Source: a virus (Duplodnaviria > Caudoviricetes). Taken from it: a stretch of DNA of 55,849 bases. The position numbers and the translations under genes were made by a program. Below are positions 16,306 to 26,002 of this stretch, piece by piece (within the stretch, counting starts at the first letter, position 1; each line of letters opens with the position of its first letter). Under the pieces are notes generated by a model, which saw only the letters and a list, made by a program, of their open reading frames with translations, had not been told where the DNA came from and made no database searches. The stretch is from positions 1 through 55,849 of IMG/VR virus record IMGVR_UViG_3300001535_000005, one strand, 5' to 3'.

Positions 16306-17600
16306 TGGGACGGATTATCGACACAGGCATGGCGCGGGTGTTCGCGCCGCTCGACCGGCCCGGTCGCTACGTTGGCGCGTTCGGTGGTCGTGGTTCGGCC
16401 AAGTCGCACTATTTCGCTGAGAAGCTGGTTCGCAAGTGTGTCCAGAAGCCCGGCACCCACGCAGTCTGCATCCGCGAGGTGCAGAAGTCGCTAGCGCAGT
16501 CCGCCAAGCGAACCATCGAAGGTAAAATCCAGGCGCTTGGTGTCGGCCACTTGTTCGACGTCCAGAAGGCAGAGATCAAGACGCCCGGCGGCGGCCTGAT
16601 CATTTTCCAAGGCATGCAGAACCACACGGCCGACTCCATCAAGTCACTGGAAGGTTACGACGTCGCGTGGACAGAGGAAGCGCAGACGCTTTCGCAGATA
16701 TCGTTGCGGCTGCTGCGCCCTACCCTGCGCAAACCCGGCTCCGAACTATGGTTCTCGTGGAACCCCAAGAAGGCGGATGACCCGGTCGACAACTTCCTGC
16801 GCGGCAACTCGAAAGCCTCGCTGGAACTGAAGGCAAAAGGCGAGTGGACACCGCCGCCGCGGATGCACCTGGTCCGCGCCAACTGGCAAGATAACCCGTG
16901 GTTCTACGACACGGAACTCCCCGAAGAAAAGGACTACGACTTCCGTCGCGACCGCGACATGTACGCCCATGTCTGGCTTGGCGAATACGAGAAGAATTCG
17001 CAGTCTCGGGTGTTCAAGAACTGGAAGGTCGAGCATTTCGAACCGCCGCCGATGGGCACCGTCTTGTATGGCGGCGCGGACTGGGGTTTCTCGCAGGATC
17101 CGACTGTCGGAATTATCTGTTTCATCATCGGTCGCACGCTGTATTTCTGGCGCGAGGTTTGGGCGATTGGTTGCGAGATCGACCGCACGCCGGCGCTGTT
17201 CGACCGGCTCGACCCAACACACACGCCAACCCGGCGGCAGCGCGACCCGAACTGGCAATCGCTCGGACAGCGCGTTCCGTTCATTTCGGATAGCGCCCGA
17301 CCCGAGACCATCAGCTATATGCAGCGGCATGGCTACAGTAAAGTGCAAGCCGCGCTCAAGGGCGCCGGCAGCATCGAGGAAGGCATTGAGTTTCTGAAGT
17401 CCTACGACATCGTGATCCACCCGGATTGCATCCACGTCGCACAGGAATTCGAGAATTATTCGTTCAAGATCGATCCGCATACGGACGAGATCACGAACAT
17501 CCTCGACGACAAGAAGAACCACACGATCGACTCGGCGCGCTACGCCGTCGAGAACGTGCGGCGCGCGACCACGACCACAAGCGGAGCACTTGGCATATGA
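16305..17600 (+). CDS. terL: Terminase large subunit (PBSX family)
   Basis: GGRGSAKSH, IKSLEG, WTEEA, DWGF and NHTIDSARY motifs. Confidence 0.95.
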   Translation: MGRIIDTGMARVFAPLDRPGRYVGAFGGRGSAKSHYFAEKLVRKCVQKPGTHAVCIREVQKSLAQSAKRTIEGKIQALGVGHLFDVQKAEIKTPGGGLIIFQGMQNHTADSIKSLEGYDVAWTEEAQTLSQISLRLLRPTLRKPGSELWFSWNPKKADDPVDNFLRGNSKASLELKAKGEWTPPPRMHLVRANWQDNPWFYDTELPEEKDYDFRRDRDMYAHVWLGEYEKNSQSRVFKNWKVEHFEPPPMGTVLYGGADWGFSQDPTVGIICFIIGRTLYFWREVWAIGCEIDRTPALFDRLDPTHTPTRRQRDPNWQSLGQRVPFISDSARPETISYMQRHGYSKVQAALKGAGSIEEGIEFLKSYDIVIHPDCIHVAQEFENYSFKIDPHTDEITNILDDKKNHTIDSARYAVENVRRATTTTSGALGI

Positions 17601-19189
17601 CCGACTACGCAAAGACGGTCGCTGCCACCAAGGCCGCGGGCGGTCCCGCCGCTGCCGCACCTTCCGCTTCTGCCTCGAACAAGACTGTCGCGACGCCGAG
17701 CGACGACCATATCCGCTTGATGAAGTTGTGGAAGCTGCCGCGTGCTCTGATGCAGGGCACGCGCGGTATGCGCGCCGCCGGCGCCCGCGCCGTGGGCAAC
17801 GCACAGTTTACTGAATGGCTGCCGAAGGAACCTGCCGAGACGCCGGCCGCCTACACCGCGCGCCTGTTCCGCTCGACCCTGTTCAACGGTTTCCGCAAGA
17901 CCGTCAAGGACATGACTGGCAAGGTATTTCAGCGCGAAATCACCATCGAAGAGGATGTTCCGGACGAATTGAAGATGCTCGCCGAGAACATCGACCTCGC
18001 CGGCAGGCACCTGAACGTGTTCGGCCGCGACGTGTTCTTCGACGGCATGCAGACCGGCATCAACTATATCCTGGTCGAGATGCCACCGGCGCTCACGAAG
18101 CCGGACGGCAGCGTCGTCACCGTGGCCGACGAACAGGCCGCGGCGATCCGCCCCTACCTTGTCCACATCAAGGCGGAGGACTTGATCGGGTTCAAGTCGA
18201 CCCTGGTCAACGGCGTCGTGACGTTGACGCAAGTGCGTATCCGCGAGGACGCGACCATCCCGGACGGCGACTTCTGCGAGACCACGGTCGAGCAAATCCG
18301 TATGCTCGAACCCGGCACTTGGGCGATATGGCGCAAGGCGGAAGTCTCCAATGGGCGTAAGGAGTGGCAGCTTTTCGAGGAAGGCACCACCAGTCTCACC
18401 TATATCCCGCTCGTTCCGGTCTATATCAACCGCACGGGGTTCATGCTCGGCGAGCCGCCGCTTGAAGATCTGGCGGACCTGAACGTCGCGCATTGGCAGT
18501 CGTCCAGCGACCAGCGCAACATCCTGCACGTCGCGCGCGTGCCGATCCTGTTCGGCGCCGGTTTCAGTTCAGACGACACCATCGCCATCGGCGCCAACAC
18601 CATGGTGCGGTCGAGCGACGTCAACGCCAAGCTGGCATGGGTCGAGCACACCGGTGCGGCGATTGCGTCCGGCCGCGACGACCTGAAGGATCTTGAATTT
18701 CAGATGCAGGTGCAGGGTCTGCAACTGATCATGCCGCAGCCGGGCGGCAAGACCGCCACCGGTGAAGTGCGCGACGAAGCCAAGGAGAACTCGCCGCTGG
18801 CTATGATGGCCATGGCGCTCGGTGACGCGCTCGAATGCGCATTCGGTATGATGGCCGATTACCTGCAGTTGCCAAAGCCCGCGCCGAAAGCCGGCGAGGA
18901 CGGTGACGACCGCGGCGGATCGATCGACGTCAATACGGACTTCGGCGTCGGCACCGGTTCGGGCATCGACCTCACCTTGCTGCTGCAGGCAGCCGTCGCC
19001 GGCAAGATCAGCAAGGAAACATTCTGGGCTGAAATGAAGCGGCGCGACATCCTCGCCGACAACTTCGACGCAGATGTCGAGAAGGACCGCCTCGCCTCTG
19101 AGGCGCCGGAACTTAACAGCACCGCAATGGATCTAGGAGCGAACAGTGGCAAACCCGCTCCTGCCGACACTACCAACGCTGCCGACTGA
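17597..19189 (+). CDS. Portal protein (DUF4055 type)
   Basis: Follows terL; PPLEDLADLNVAHWQSSSDQRNILH motif. Confidence 0.9.
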   Translation: MTDYAKTVAATKAAGGPAAAAPSASASNKTVATPSDDHIRLMKLWKLPRALMQGTRGMRAAGARAVGNAQFTEWLPKEPAETPAAYTARLFRSTLFNGFRKTVKDMTGKVFQREITIEEDVPDELKMLAENIDLAGRHLNVFGRDVFFDGMQTGINYILVEMPPALTKPDGSVVTVADEQAAAIRPYLVHIKAEDLIGFKSTLVNGVVTLTQVRIREDATIPDGDFCETTVEQIRMLEPGTWAIWRKAEVSNGRKEWQLFEEGTTSLTYIPLVPVYINRTGFMLGEPPLEDLADLNVAHWQSSSDQRNILHVARVPILFGAGFSSDDTIAIGANTMVRSSDVNAKLAWVEHTGAAIASGRDDLKDLEFQMQVQGLQLIMPQPGGKTATGEVRDEAKENSPLAMMAMALGDALECAFGMMADYLQLPKPAPKAGEDGDDRGGSIDVNTDFGVGTGSGIDLTLLLQAAVAGKISKETFWAEMKRRDILADNFDADVEKDRLASEAPELNSTAMDLGANSGKPAPADTTNAAD

Positions 19190-20252
19190 TCTCTCGACCA
19201 ACGAACGGCTGATCGACCTTTATATGGAGCGGGCACTTGACCTGATCCGCTTGGAGGCCGGTACCCGCGACAAGGTACTGGTTTTCATCGACCAGCTTGA
19301 ACGCGACATCGTCGCGGCACTGGCCAAGGTTGACCCGACCGGAACGCCGGATGGGGCAAAGCAGCGCAAGCGCCTGACCGAACTGCTCGGTATCATCCGC
19401 GGTACGATCAAAGCGTCATACCGCGACGTGGCCACGCTGATGGCCAGTGAGATCCGCGAAGTTGCCGACCACGAGGCGACCTGGACTGGTCAGGCACTCA
19501 ACACATCGATGCGGGTATCGTTCGCCGACGCCGGTGTCACCCGCGAATTCCTAAGCACACTGGTCTCGGACGTTCTCATTCAAGGCGCCCCAACCAAGGA
19601 CTGGTGGGCGCGGCAAGCCGGTGGCCTGGCCGAACGCTTCACCGACCAGATGCGAACCGGCATCGGTATTGGCGAAGCGAATTCAAAATTGATCGAACGC
19701 GCCCGCGCGACAATGGACGTCAGCCGGGCCAGTGCGGAACGCCTGGTACGCTCTTCGGTACAGACGGCAGCGAACACCGCACGCGAGGCGATGTACGCGA
19801 AGAACACAGACCTGATCGCAGCGCTGAAGTGGTCTGCGACGTTAGACACCCGAACGACTATCATGTGCCTCGCACGCGACGGCCACACTTACTCCTGCGA
19901 TGACGGACACGCCGCCAAAGACGGCGGCCCACCATGGCTGCAGGGACCGGGCAAGCTGCATTGGGGCTGTCGCTCCACCAGCGTGCCAGTCCTCAAAAGC
20001 TGGCGCGATCTCGGTATCGACATGGACGAGGTGCCGCACACGACGCGCGCATCCATGGACGGCCAAGTGCCGGCCGAACAGACATTCGCGCAGTGGCTGA
20101 AGAAACAATCACCCGAGCGTCAGGACACGCTGCTGGGCAAGGGCAAGGCCGAACTCTACCGCGCCGGCAAGATTTCAGTGCGCGACCTGCTCGACCAGAA
20201 CGGGCGCCCCCTCACCACCGAACAACTGCGCGCCAAGGCTGCGCAGAAGTAA
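19146..20252 (+). CDS. Minor head protein (MuF/SPP1 gp7-like)
   Basis: WSATLDTRTT..C and HWGCRS motifs. Confidence 0.9.
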   Translation: MANPLLPTLPTLPTDLSTNERLIDLYMERALDLIRLEAGTRDKVLVFIDQLERDIVAALAKVDPTGTPDGAKQRKRLTELLGIIRGTIKASYRDVATLMASEIREVADHEATWTGQALNTSMRVSFADAGVTREFLSTLVSDVLIQGAPTKDWWARQAGGLAERFTDQMRTGIGIGEANSKLIERARATMDVSRASAERLVRSSVQTAANTAREAMYAKNTDLIAALKWSATLDTRTTIMCLARDGHTYSCDDGHAAKDGGPPWLQGPGKLHWGCRSTSVPVLKSWRDLGIDMDEVPHTTRASMDGQVPAEQTFAQWLKKQSPERQDTLLGKGKAELYRAGKISVRDLLDQNGRPLTTEQLRAKAAQK

Positions 20253-20294
20253 CCCTGCCGGCGGGACGCCGGTTCTAACAGCGAGATGCTGCAA

Positions 20295-21056
20295 ATGGCT
20301 TTGGCCCTGACTGTTGACTCACTCGAATCCGTTCCCGAGACGCTCCGCACCGAATACACGGAGAAGGACGGCAAGTTTCACCTGAACGTCGAAGGGCTGG
20401 AAGATACCGGCGGCCTCAAGAACGCCCTGAAGTCCGAGCGCGAAGCCCGCGCACTGCTGGAGAAGCAGACCAAAGCCTGGAAGTCGCTGGGCAAGTCACC
20501 GGATGAAATCTCCACACTAATCGCCGCGCAGGCGACCGCCGAGGAGGAAGCCGCGCGCAAGGCCGGTAACTTCGACGCCATCCTCGGTCAGCACAAGACC
20601 AAGTGGGAAGGCGAGAAGTCTGCCCTGGAAACCGAACTGCAGGCCGCCCGCGCGTCCGAGCGCGCTGCGATTATCGAGACCAGCGTCATGGGCGCACTGA
20701 CCAAGGAGAAGGCGACCGCGGAAGGTGTCGACCTCCTGACCGAACGCCTCGGCAAGCGCATCCATTTCGAAACCGTGGATGGCAAACGCAAGATTCAGAT
20801 CACGCAGGCAGACGGCAAGACGCCGATGGCCGGCAATGGCGCCGATGGCGCGGCGACCTTCGACGATCTCGTGAAAGAGACCAAGAAGAATTACCCGTCC
20901 CTGTTCGAAGGAACGGGCGCGGGCGGCGGCGGGAAGCAGCCGAACGGAAAGGATGCCGGGGGATCCGGTGAAAAGATCATCACGCGGGCCGAACTGGCTG
21001 CGCTGCCTGTTCAGGAACACGCAGCCAAGCTCAAGACCCACAAACTCGTCGACTAA
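20295..21056 (+). CDS. Capsid scaffolding protein
   Basis: YTEKDGKFHL N-terminus, coiled coil, Gly-rich C-terminus; precedes the capsid gene. Confidence 0.85.
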   Translation: MALALTVDSLESVPETLRTEYTEKDGKFHLNVEGLEDTGGLKNALKSEREARALLEKQTKAWKSLGKSPDEISTLIAAQATAEEEAARKAGNFDAILGQHKTKWEGEKSALETELQAARASERAAIIETSVMGALTKEKATAEGVDLLTERLGKRIHFETVDGKRKIQITQADGKTPMAGNGADGAATFDDLVKETKKNYPSLFEGTGAGGGGKQPNGKDAGGSGEKIITRAELAALPVQEHAAKLKTHKLVD

Positions 21057-21125
21057 ATCGACCCCGCCATTCCGGCGGCGTCCTGTTTCATCCGCGGCGC
21101 CGCCGCATTTTGAGGAGACCACTCA

Positions 21126-22283
21126 GTGGCCAATACCCTTACCAACCTGATCCCCGACGTCTATTCCGCTCTCGACGTCGTTTCGCGCGAAGCTGTCGGC
21201 TTTCTGCCGGCCGTCATGCGCGACGCCACGACCGAACGCGCTGCTGTCGGTCAGGTCGTTCGCTCGTTCGTCGCGCCTGCGGCGACCGCGACCGACATCA
21301 CCCCCGGCGTGACCCCGCCCGATGACGGCGACCAGACCATCGGCAACGTCAGTCTGACCATCACCAAGGCGCGGCGCGTGCCGTTCCGCTGGAACGGTGA
21401 ACAGACCCGCGGCCTTAACAACGGCGGTCCCGGTTCCCTGACTATCCAGCAGCAGCAGATCGCGCAGGCGCTCCGCACGCTGGCCAACGAGATGGAATCC
21501 GACCTCGCCGACCTGCATCTCACGACCTCGCGCGCCTACGGCACCGCGACCACCGACCCGTTCGCCTCGGACTTCTCAGACCTGGCGCAGTCGAACAAGA
21601 TCCTGACCGACAACGGCGCCCCGCTGTTCGATCGGCACATGATCCTGAACACCTCCGCCGGCGCCAAGATGCGCACCCTGCCGACGCTCAACCGCGTCAA
21701 TGAAGCCGGCACTGACGTCATGCTGCGGCAGGGCATCATCCAGCAGCTTCAGGGCTTCGATATCCGCGAGTCGGCGCAGATCAAGCGTCCGGCGATCGGC
21801 ACCGCGGCCAGCGCAACCACGGACGCCACTGGCTACGTTGTCGGCACAACCGTCCTCACGCTCGCCTCGGCCGGTACCGGTACGTTCGTTGCTGGCGACA
21901 TCGTGACCTTCGCGGGTGACACCAACAAATACTTGGTGGTCTCCGGCGACACCGACGTCTCCAACGGCGGCACCCTGACCATCGCAGCGCCGGGCCTCCA
22001 GGTTGCCATGTCGGCCGCCACCAAGGCGATCACCGTGGTCGCGATCAGTTCGCGCAACGTGTTCTTCAGCCGGAACGCGATCGTGCTCGCTGCCCGCATG
22101 CCGGCCCTGCCGGACGGCGGCGATCTGGCCATCGATCGCCAGACTGTGGTCGATCCTGTCACTGGCTTCGCGTTCGAAATCGCGATGTACGCGCAGTATC
22201 GCCAGATGCAGTACGAGATTTCGGCGGCATGGGGTGTGAAGAACATCAAGCCGGAACACTCGGGCATCCTTCTCGGCGCGTAA
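21126..22283 (+). CDS. Major capsid protein (P22 coat-like)
   Basis: MANTLTNLIP...VVSRE N-terminus; 385 aa; GAGGAG RBS; synteny. Confidence 0.9.
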   Translation: MANTLTNLIPDVYSALDVVSREAVGFLPAVMRDATTERAAVGQVVRSFVAPAATATDITPGVTPPDDGDQTIGNVSLTITKARRVPFRWNGEQTRGLNNGGPGSLTIQQQQIAQALRTLANEMESDLADLHLTTSRAYGTATTDPFASDFSDLAQSNKILTDNGAPLFDRHMILNTSAGAKMRTLPTLNRVNEAGTDVMLRQGIIQQLQGFDIRESAQIKRPAIGTAASATTDATGYVVGTTVLTLASAGTGTFVAGDIVTFAGDTNKYLVVSGDTDVSNGGTLTIAAPGLQVAMSAATKAITVVAISSRNVFFSRNAIVLAARMPALPDGGDLAIDRQTVVDPVTGFAFEIAMYAQYRQMQYEISAAWGVKNIKPEHSGILLGA

Positions 22284-22311
22284 ACTGTCCGTATTTATAC
22301 GGATTGTCAGT
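22280..22311. promoter_or_regulatory. Dyad operator
   Basis: GTAAACTGTCCGTA-ttta-TACGGATTGTCAGT. Confidence 0.65.
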
Positions 22312-22338
22312 GGGCATCGGGTTTGCGCCCGGTGCCCA
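22311..22338 (+). terminator. Strong hairpin after the capsid gene (no U-tract)
   Basis: TGGGCATCGGG...CCCGGTGCCCA. Confidence 0.45.
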
Positions 22339-22371
22339 TCAGAGAGTCCATATTTCCAACCGGAGACTGAA

Positions 22372-22683
22372 ATGATTTGCGCGACCATCAAGATCAAACC
22401 CTCGCACTCGTCGCAGGGTGATTTCGTCGAGATCAATGCCGAGGACTTCGACGAAGCCAAGGGTCACGAACGCTACGACGCCCCGCCGCCGCCCCCGCCC
22501 GGACCGGCCCTTCCTCCGCCGCCCCCGCTGCCGCCCGCCGGCCCTCTCGACAACCTGCCGGCCAATTGGCGCGACAAGTCGCCGAAGGAACTGCGCGACA
22601 TCGCCTTCGCTGTTTCCGGCCGCGCGGTCGAGAATAAGGTGCAGGCCCTGGAAGTGATCGAAGCGGCGATCGCCGCCAAGTAA
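22372..22683 (+). CDS. Head-associated protein with polyproline linker and small C-terminal helical domain
   Basis: INAEDFD motif; PPPPPPGPALPPPPPLPP; position after the capsid gene. Confidence 0.7.
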   Translation: MICATIKIKPSHSSQGDFVEINAEDFDEAKGHERYDAPPPPPPGPALPPPPPLPPAGPLDNLPANWRDKSPKELRDIAFAVSGRAVENKVQALEVIEAAIAAK

Positions 22684-22695
22684 GGAAATGATCCG

Positions 22696-23052
22696 ATGGG
22701 GTATCTCGTATTCACGCGAGATACCCTTCGCGCTGCATATGCGTTCCTGAACGAGACGCCGCCGTTCAGTCGCTGGAACTTGCCAGACGCCGACGACGTC
22801 GATTTCAAGGTTGCGCGAACCGCCACGCACTTCGGTTGGTACACGGTCAACGGGAACAACCACCTGATTGCAGTTTCCTGCGCGCCGGTCCGCGACACCC
22901 AGACGCTGCTCGCCACCATGGCACACGAGATGATTCACGTTCACGAGCGACAGGCCGGAGCGTGCCGGTCGGGTGTGCAGCATGGCGCAGCCTTCCGCCG
23001 ATGGGCCGCGCAGGTCTGTCGCATTCACGGCTTTGATCCGAAGGATTTCTGA
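22696..23052 (+). CDS. SprT-like zinc metalloprotease
   Basis: TMAHEMIH ... HGAAF motif. Confidence 0.75.
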   Translation: MGYLVFTRDTLRAAYAFLNETPPFSRWNLPDADDVDFKVARTATHFGWYTVNGNNHLIAVSCAPVRDTQTLLATMAHEMIHVHERQAGACRSGVQHGAAFRRWAAQVCRIHGFDPKDF

Positions 23053-23618
23053 TGACCCTTGTCACCACGCCGGGCGATCCGAACGCAGACAGCTATGTTA
23101 GCCTCGTTGAAGCCGCTGCCTATTTCACCAAGCGTGGGGAGACCACCTTCGCGGCGCTCGCTGACGATGCTGCGCGCGAGGTGGCATTGCGCCGCTCGAC
23201 CGCCTACCTCGATAACCAGTACCGCGCTCGGTGGATGGGCATCAACTCTTTCCAGGTACAGTCGCTAGCATGGCCGCGTGTCGACGGTCTGCGCGGCTAT
23301 TATCGCGGCTACACCCAGCAGCTTCTTGACCTGAATGGCTGGCCGATTCCGATCGCGACAGTGCCGCAGCAGGTCAAGGACGCGGTCTGCGAAGTGGCGT
23401 TGCTCTACGTCGCCGGCGTGACGCTGGAGCCGCGCCTGGTCCGCGGCGGCCTGATCAAAAGCCAGCGCGACAAGGTCGATGTGCTCGAAACCGAGACCGT
23501 CTACATGGACGGCGCCTCGGTGGTCGACCGCTTCCTGGTAGTCGAGGGTCTGCTTCGCGGCCTCGTCATATCGTTCCCCGGACAGGGTACCGGAGCCGTG
23601 CCGCTGGTGCGGTCTTGA
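23052..23618 (+). CDS. Head-tail adaptor (DnaT-like family)
   Basis: ADSYVS, QSLAWPR and VP..VKDA.CE motifs. Confidence 0.85.
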   Translation: MTLVTTPGDPNADSYVSLVEAAAYFTKRGETTFAALADDAAREVALRRSTAYLDNQYRARWMGINSFQVQSLAWPRVDGLRGYYRGYTQQLLDLNGWPIPIATVPQQVKDAVCEVALLYVAGVTLEPRLVRGGLIKSQRDKVDVLETETVYMDGASVVDRFLVVEGLLRGLVISFPGQGTGAVPLVRS

Positions 23619-23908
23619 GCACGGTCAGCGCAGTGCTGCGACGCGGTCAGACGCAGTTCTTTCATTGGTGCCCTTCTTGCGAAGAGATGCACCCGCTGCC
23701 AGACAGTTGGACATTTAATGGAAACACGGAAAAGCCGACGTTTTCACCCAGCTTTAGACAAACGTTCTATCAGGACGGTAAGGGTGAGCGCGTTTGTCAC
23801 TATGTCATAACCGAAGGTCGCATTCATTTCTGCTCGGATAGTTGGCATGGTCGAACCGATGTTGTCGACATGTCCGAAATACCGCAACATATTTCGGACG
23901 GTTTTTGA
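23615..23908 (+). CDS. DUF6527-like small Cys/His protein
   Basis: CPSC..H, WTFNG..KPTFSPS, CHY..GRI.FC.DS.H. Confidence 0.75.
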   Translation: MSTVSAVLRRGQTQFFHWCPSCEEMHPLPDSWTFNGNTEKPTFSPSFRQTFYQDGKGERVCHYVITEGRIHFCSDSWHGRTDVVDMSEIPQHISDGF

Positions 23909-24288
23909 TGAGCGACATATTCGACTACGCAGCCATTCGTGCCACCGCGGACAGGCTGATCACCAAGTTCGGACAGACGGTGCAGCTTCGGCGCGCGGTC
24001 GACTCGGGTAGCGCGTCCGAGCCGACGCAGACCGTCACCGACTACCCGACCAAATGCGCAATCGTGAATATCACGCGCTGGTACGCGGCGTTCGCCGAGA
24101 ATTCCGACATTCTGCGCACCGACCGCCTCGGGTATCTGGCGATGGGTCCGCTGCTGGCGGCTGCCATTGAGCCGACGCCGTTTGACCAGGTGGTCGACAC
24201 GGCCGGCAAGGTCTATCGCATCATCGACAGTAAACCGGTATATCCGGCCGGCACGTCAGTCGTCTACATCCTCCAGCTTCGGACCTGA
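23908..24288 (+). CDS. Head closure / head-tail joining protein
   Basis: TADRLITKFG N-terminus; ends YILQLR; synteny. Confidence 0.8.
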   Translation: MSDIFDYAAIRATADRLITKFGQTVQLRRAVDSGSASEPTQTVTDYPTKCAIVNITRWYAAFAENSDILRTDRLGYLAMGPLLAAAIEPTPFDQVVDTAGKVYRIIDSKPVYPAGTSVVYILQLRT

Positions 24289-24292
24289 TGCG

Positions 24293-24700
24293 GTGGCGCT
24301 GGGCAGCTTCGATCTCGACATCGCCAAGTGGGTCGCAAAGGCGAATGGCAACGTCGATCTGGTCATCCGCAAGATTTCTTTGGACCTGTTCCACCGCATC
24401 ATTTTGAAAAGCCCAGTCGACACCGGAAGATTCCGCGGCAACTGGCAGGTCGCGATCGGGTCGATCCCCGCAGGCACACTGACCATTGACGACAAGGCCG
24501 GGTCAGCAACGATCGCCAAGGCAACCGCCGCAACACTCGGGCTGCGCGCGGGGCAAATCATCTACCTGGTCAACAATCTGGAATACGCCCGCGCACTCGA
24601 ATACGGCCATTCCAAGCAGGCGCCGGCCGGCATGGTGCGGTTGACCGTGCAGGAATATGGCGCGGTCGTCACCAAAGCCGTCAACGAGGTACCCAAGTGA
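24293..24700 (+). CDS. Neck/tail completion protein (HK97 gp10-like)
   Basis: SPVDTGRFRGNW and LEYGHSKQAPAGMVR motifs. Confidence 0.85.
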   Translation: MALGSFDLDIAKWVAKANGNVDLVIRKISLDLFHRIILKSPVDTGRFRGNWQVAIGSIPAGTLTIDDKAGSATIAKATAATLGLRAGQIIYLVNNLEYARALEYGHSKQAPAGMVRLTVQEYGAVVTKAVNEVPK

Positions 24701-25131
24701 CAGAGCCGGTCGATATCCTGATTCAGAACGCGATGTTCGCAAAACTTGCATCGCCGAATATCACTACGCCACCCACCGCTATTGCGTATCCGTTCGTCAC
24801 GTTCGTGCCTGTGGTCGGCACCAACTACATCGATGCCCGGCCGATGCTGCGCGCCGCGCCGGACAACCCGTCCCTGGCAAATACCGGCTCGAACATCTAT
24901 CGCGGCGTGTTCCAGGTGGATGCAGTGACCCCCGACGCTAAGGGCGAAGCGCCCGGCATCCGGCTCGCCTCGTTGATCTCCGCCCGCTTCCCGGTCGGCA
25001 TCAAGATCCCAGTCGTTGGGGGACGGTTCTGGGTGAAGTGCAACGACATTCCCACCATTGCCGCCGCGGTCAAGGATGCACCGTGGGTTCGGTTTCCCGT
25101 GAGCATCCCATACATCGTCATCACCAACTGA
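24697..25131 (+). CDS. Tail terminator-like protein (DUF4128-like)
   Basis: YRGVFQV and PVSIPY; synteny. Confidence 0.75.
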   Translation: MTEPVDILIQNAMFAKLASPNITTPPTAIAYPFVTFVPVVGTNYIDARPMLRAAPDNPSLANTGSNIYRGVFQVDAVTPDAKGEAPGIRLASLISARFPVGIKIPVVGGRFWVKCNDIPTIAAAVKDAPWVRFPVSIPYIVITN

Positions 25132-25144
25132 GGAGCTATCAAAT

Positions 25145-25876
25145 ATGACCGCGACTGGCGTTTCCACCGCAGCAGGTGCCCTGCTCTATATCGGCACCAC
25201 CGCCTCGAACTCGGCGACCGATACCTACACCGCAGTGGGCGAAGTCACCTCGATTCCGGAATTCGGCCGCGTCTATGCGACGGTCAAATACAACCCGTTG
25301 TCCTCGCGTGGCACCCAGAAATTCAAGGGTTCCTATGACGACGGCGCCGTCACCATCCCGATGGGCAAGGATCTGTCCGACGAGGGTCAGGCTGCCCTGC
25401 TGCTGGCCCGCGACACCGACTTCGACTACAACTTCAAGGTCGTGGACAACGACGACGTGGCCCCGGCCACCTCGACAGTCGGCATCTCGGTCGCCACGCC
25501 CGGCCTAGTGTCGCTGACCGCCCACGGCCTCGCCGCCGGTACCGCTGTTCAGTTCGCCAATGGCGCCGGCACGCTGCCCACCGGCCTCACTGCCGCAACG
25601 ACCTACTATGTCTGTTCGGGTGCCACACTGCTGGCCAATACCTTCAGCATCGCCACGTCGCTGGTGAATGCGACCGCCGGCACCGGTGTCGCAACCACGG
25701 GCAGCGCTGGTGTCGGCAACACCATGACCACGATCCCAGTCGGTTCGAGCATCACGTTCAAGGCCAAGGTCATGTCTTATACCACCGAGCGCGGCGGTCC
25801 GGACAACGTGATCATGGCCAAGGCGTCGCTGGAGATCAAGTCCGGCTCCATCGCCGAGACGGCCCATTTGCCATAG
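25145..25876 (+). CDS. Major tail tube protein with inserted beta domain
   Basis: GEV..IPEFG, KFKGSYDDG and D.GQ motifs; insertion TAHGL...TTYYV. Confidence 0.85.
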   Translation: MTATGVSTAAGALLYIGTTASNSATDTYTAVGEVTSIPEFGRVYATVKYNPLSSRGTQKFKGSYDDGAVTIPMGKDLSDEGQAALLLARDTDFDYNFKVVDNDDVAPATSTVGISVATPGLVSLTAHGLAAGTAVQFANGAGTLPTGLTAATTYYVCSGATLLANTFSIATSLVNATAGTGVATTGSAGVGNTMTTIPVGSSITFKAKVMSYTTERGGPDNVIMAKASLEIKSGSIAETAHLP

Positions 25877-25882
25877 TGCTGG

Positions 25883-25914
25883 GTTGACTTTCCGCAATTA
25901 AACGGATAGTTTGC
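25883..25914 (+). promoter_or_regulatory. Dyad operator/promoter
   Basis: GTTGACTTTCCGCA-atta-AACGGATAGTTTGC. Confidence 0.65.
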
Positions 25915-26002
25915 AATCTGCCGCTGGGGATGCAAGTCGCCCCTAGTACCCACGGTGTCGGAGTCCGGCGCGCGGTGGGGTTTCTTCTAGGGGAACCGCA
26001 GC

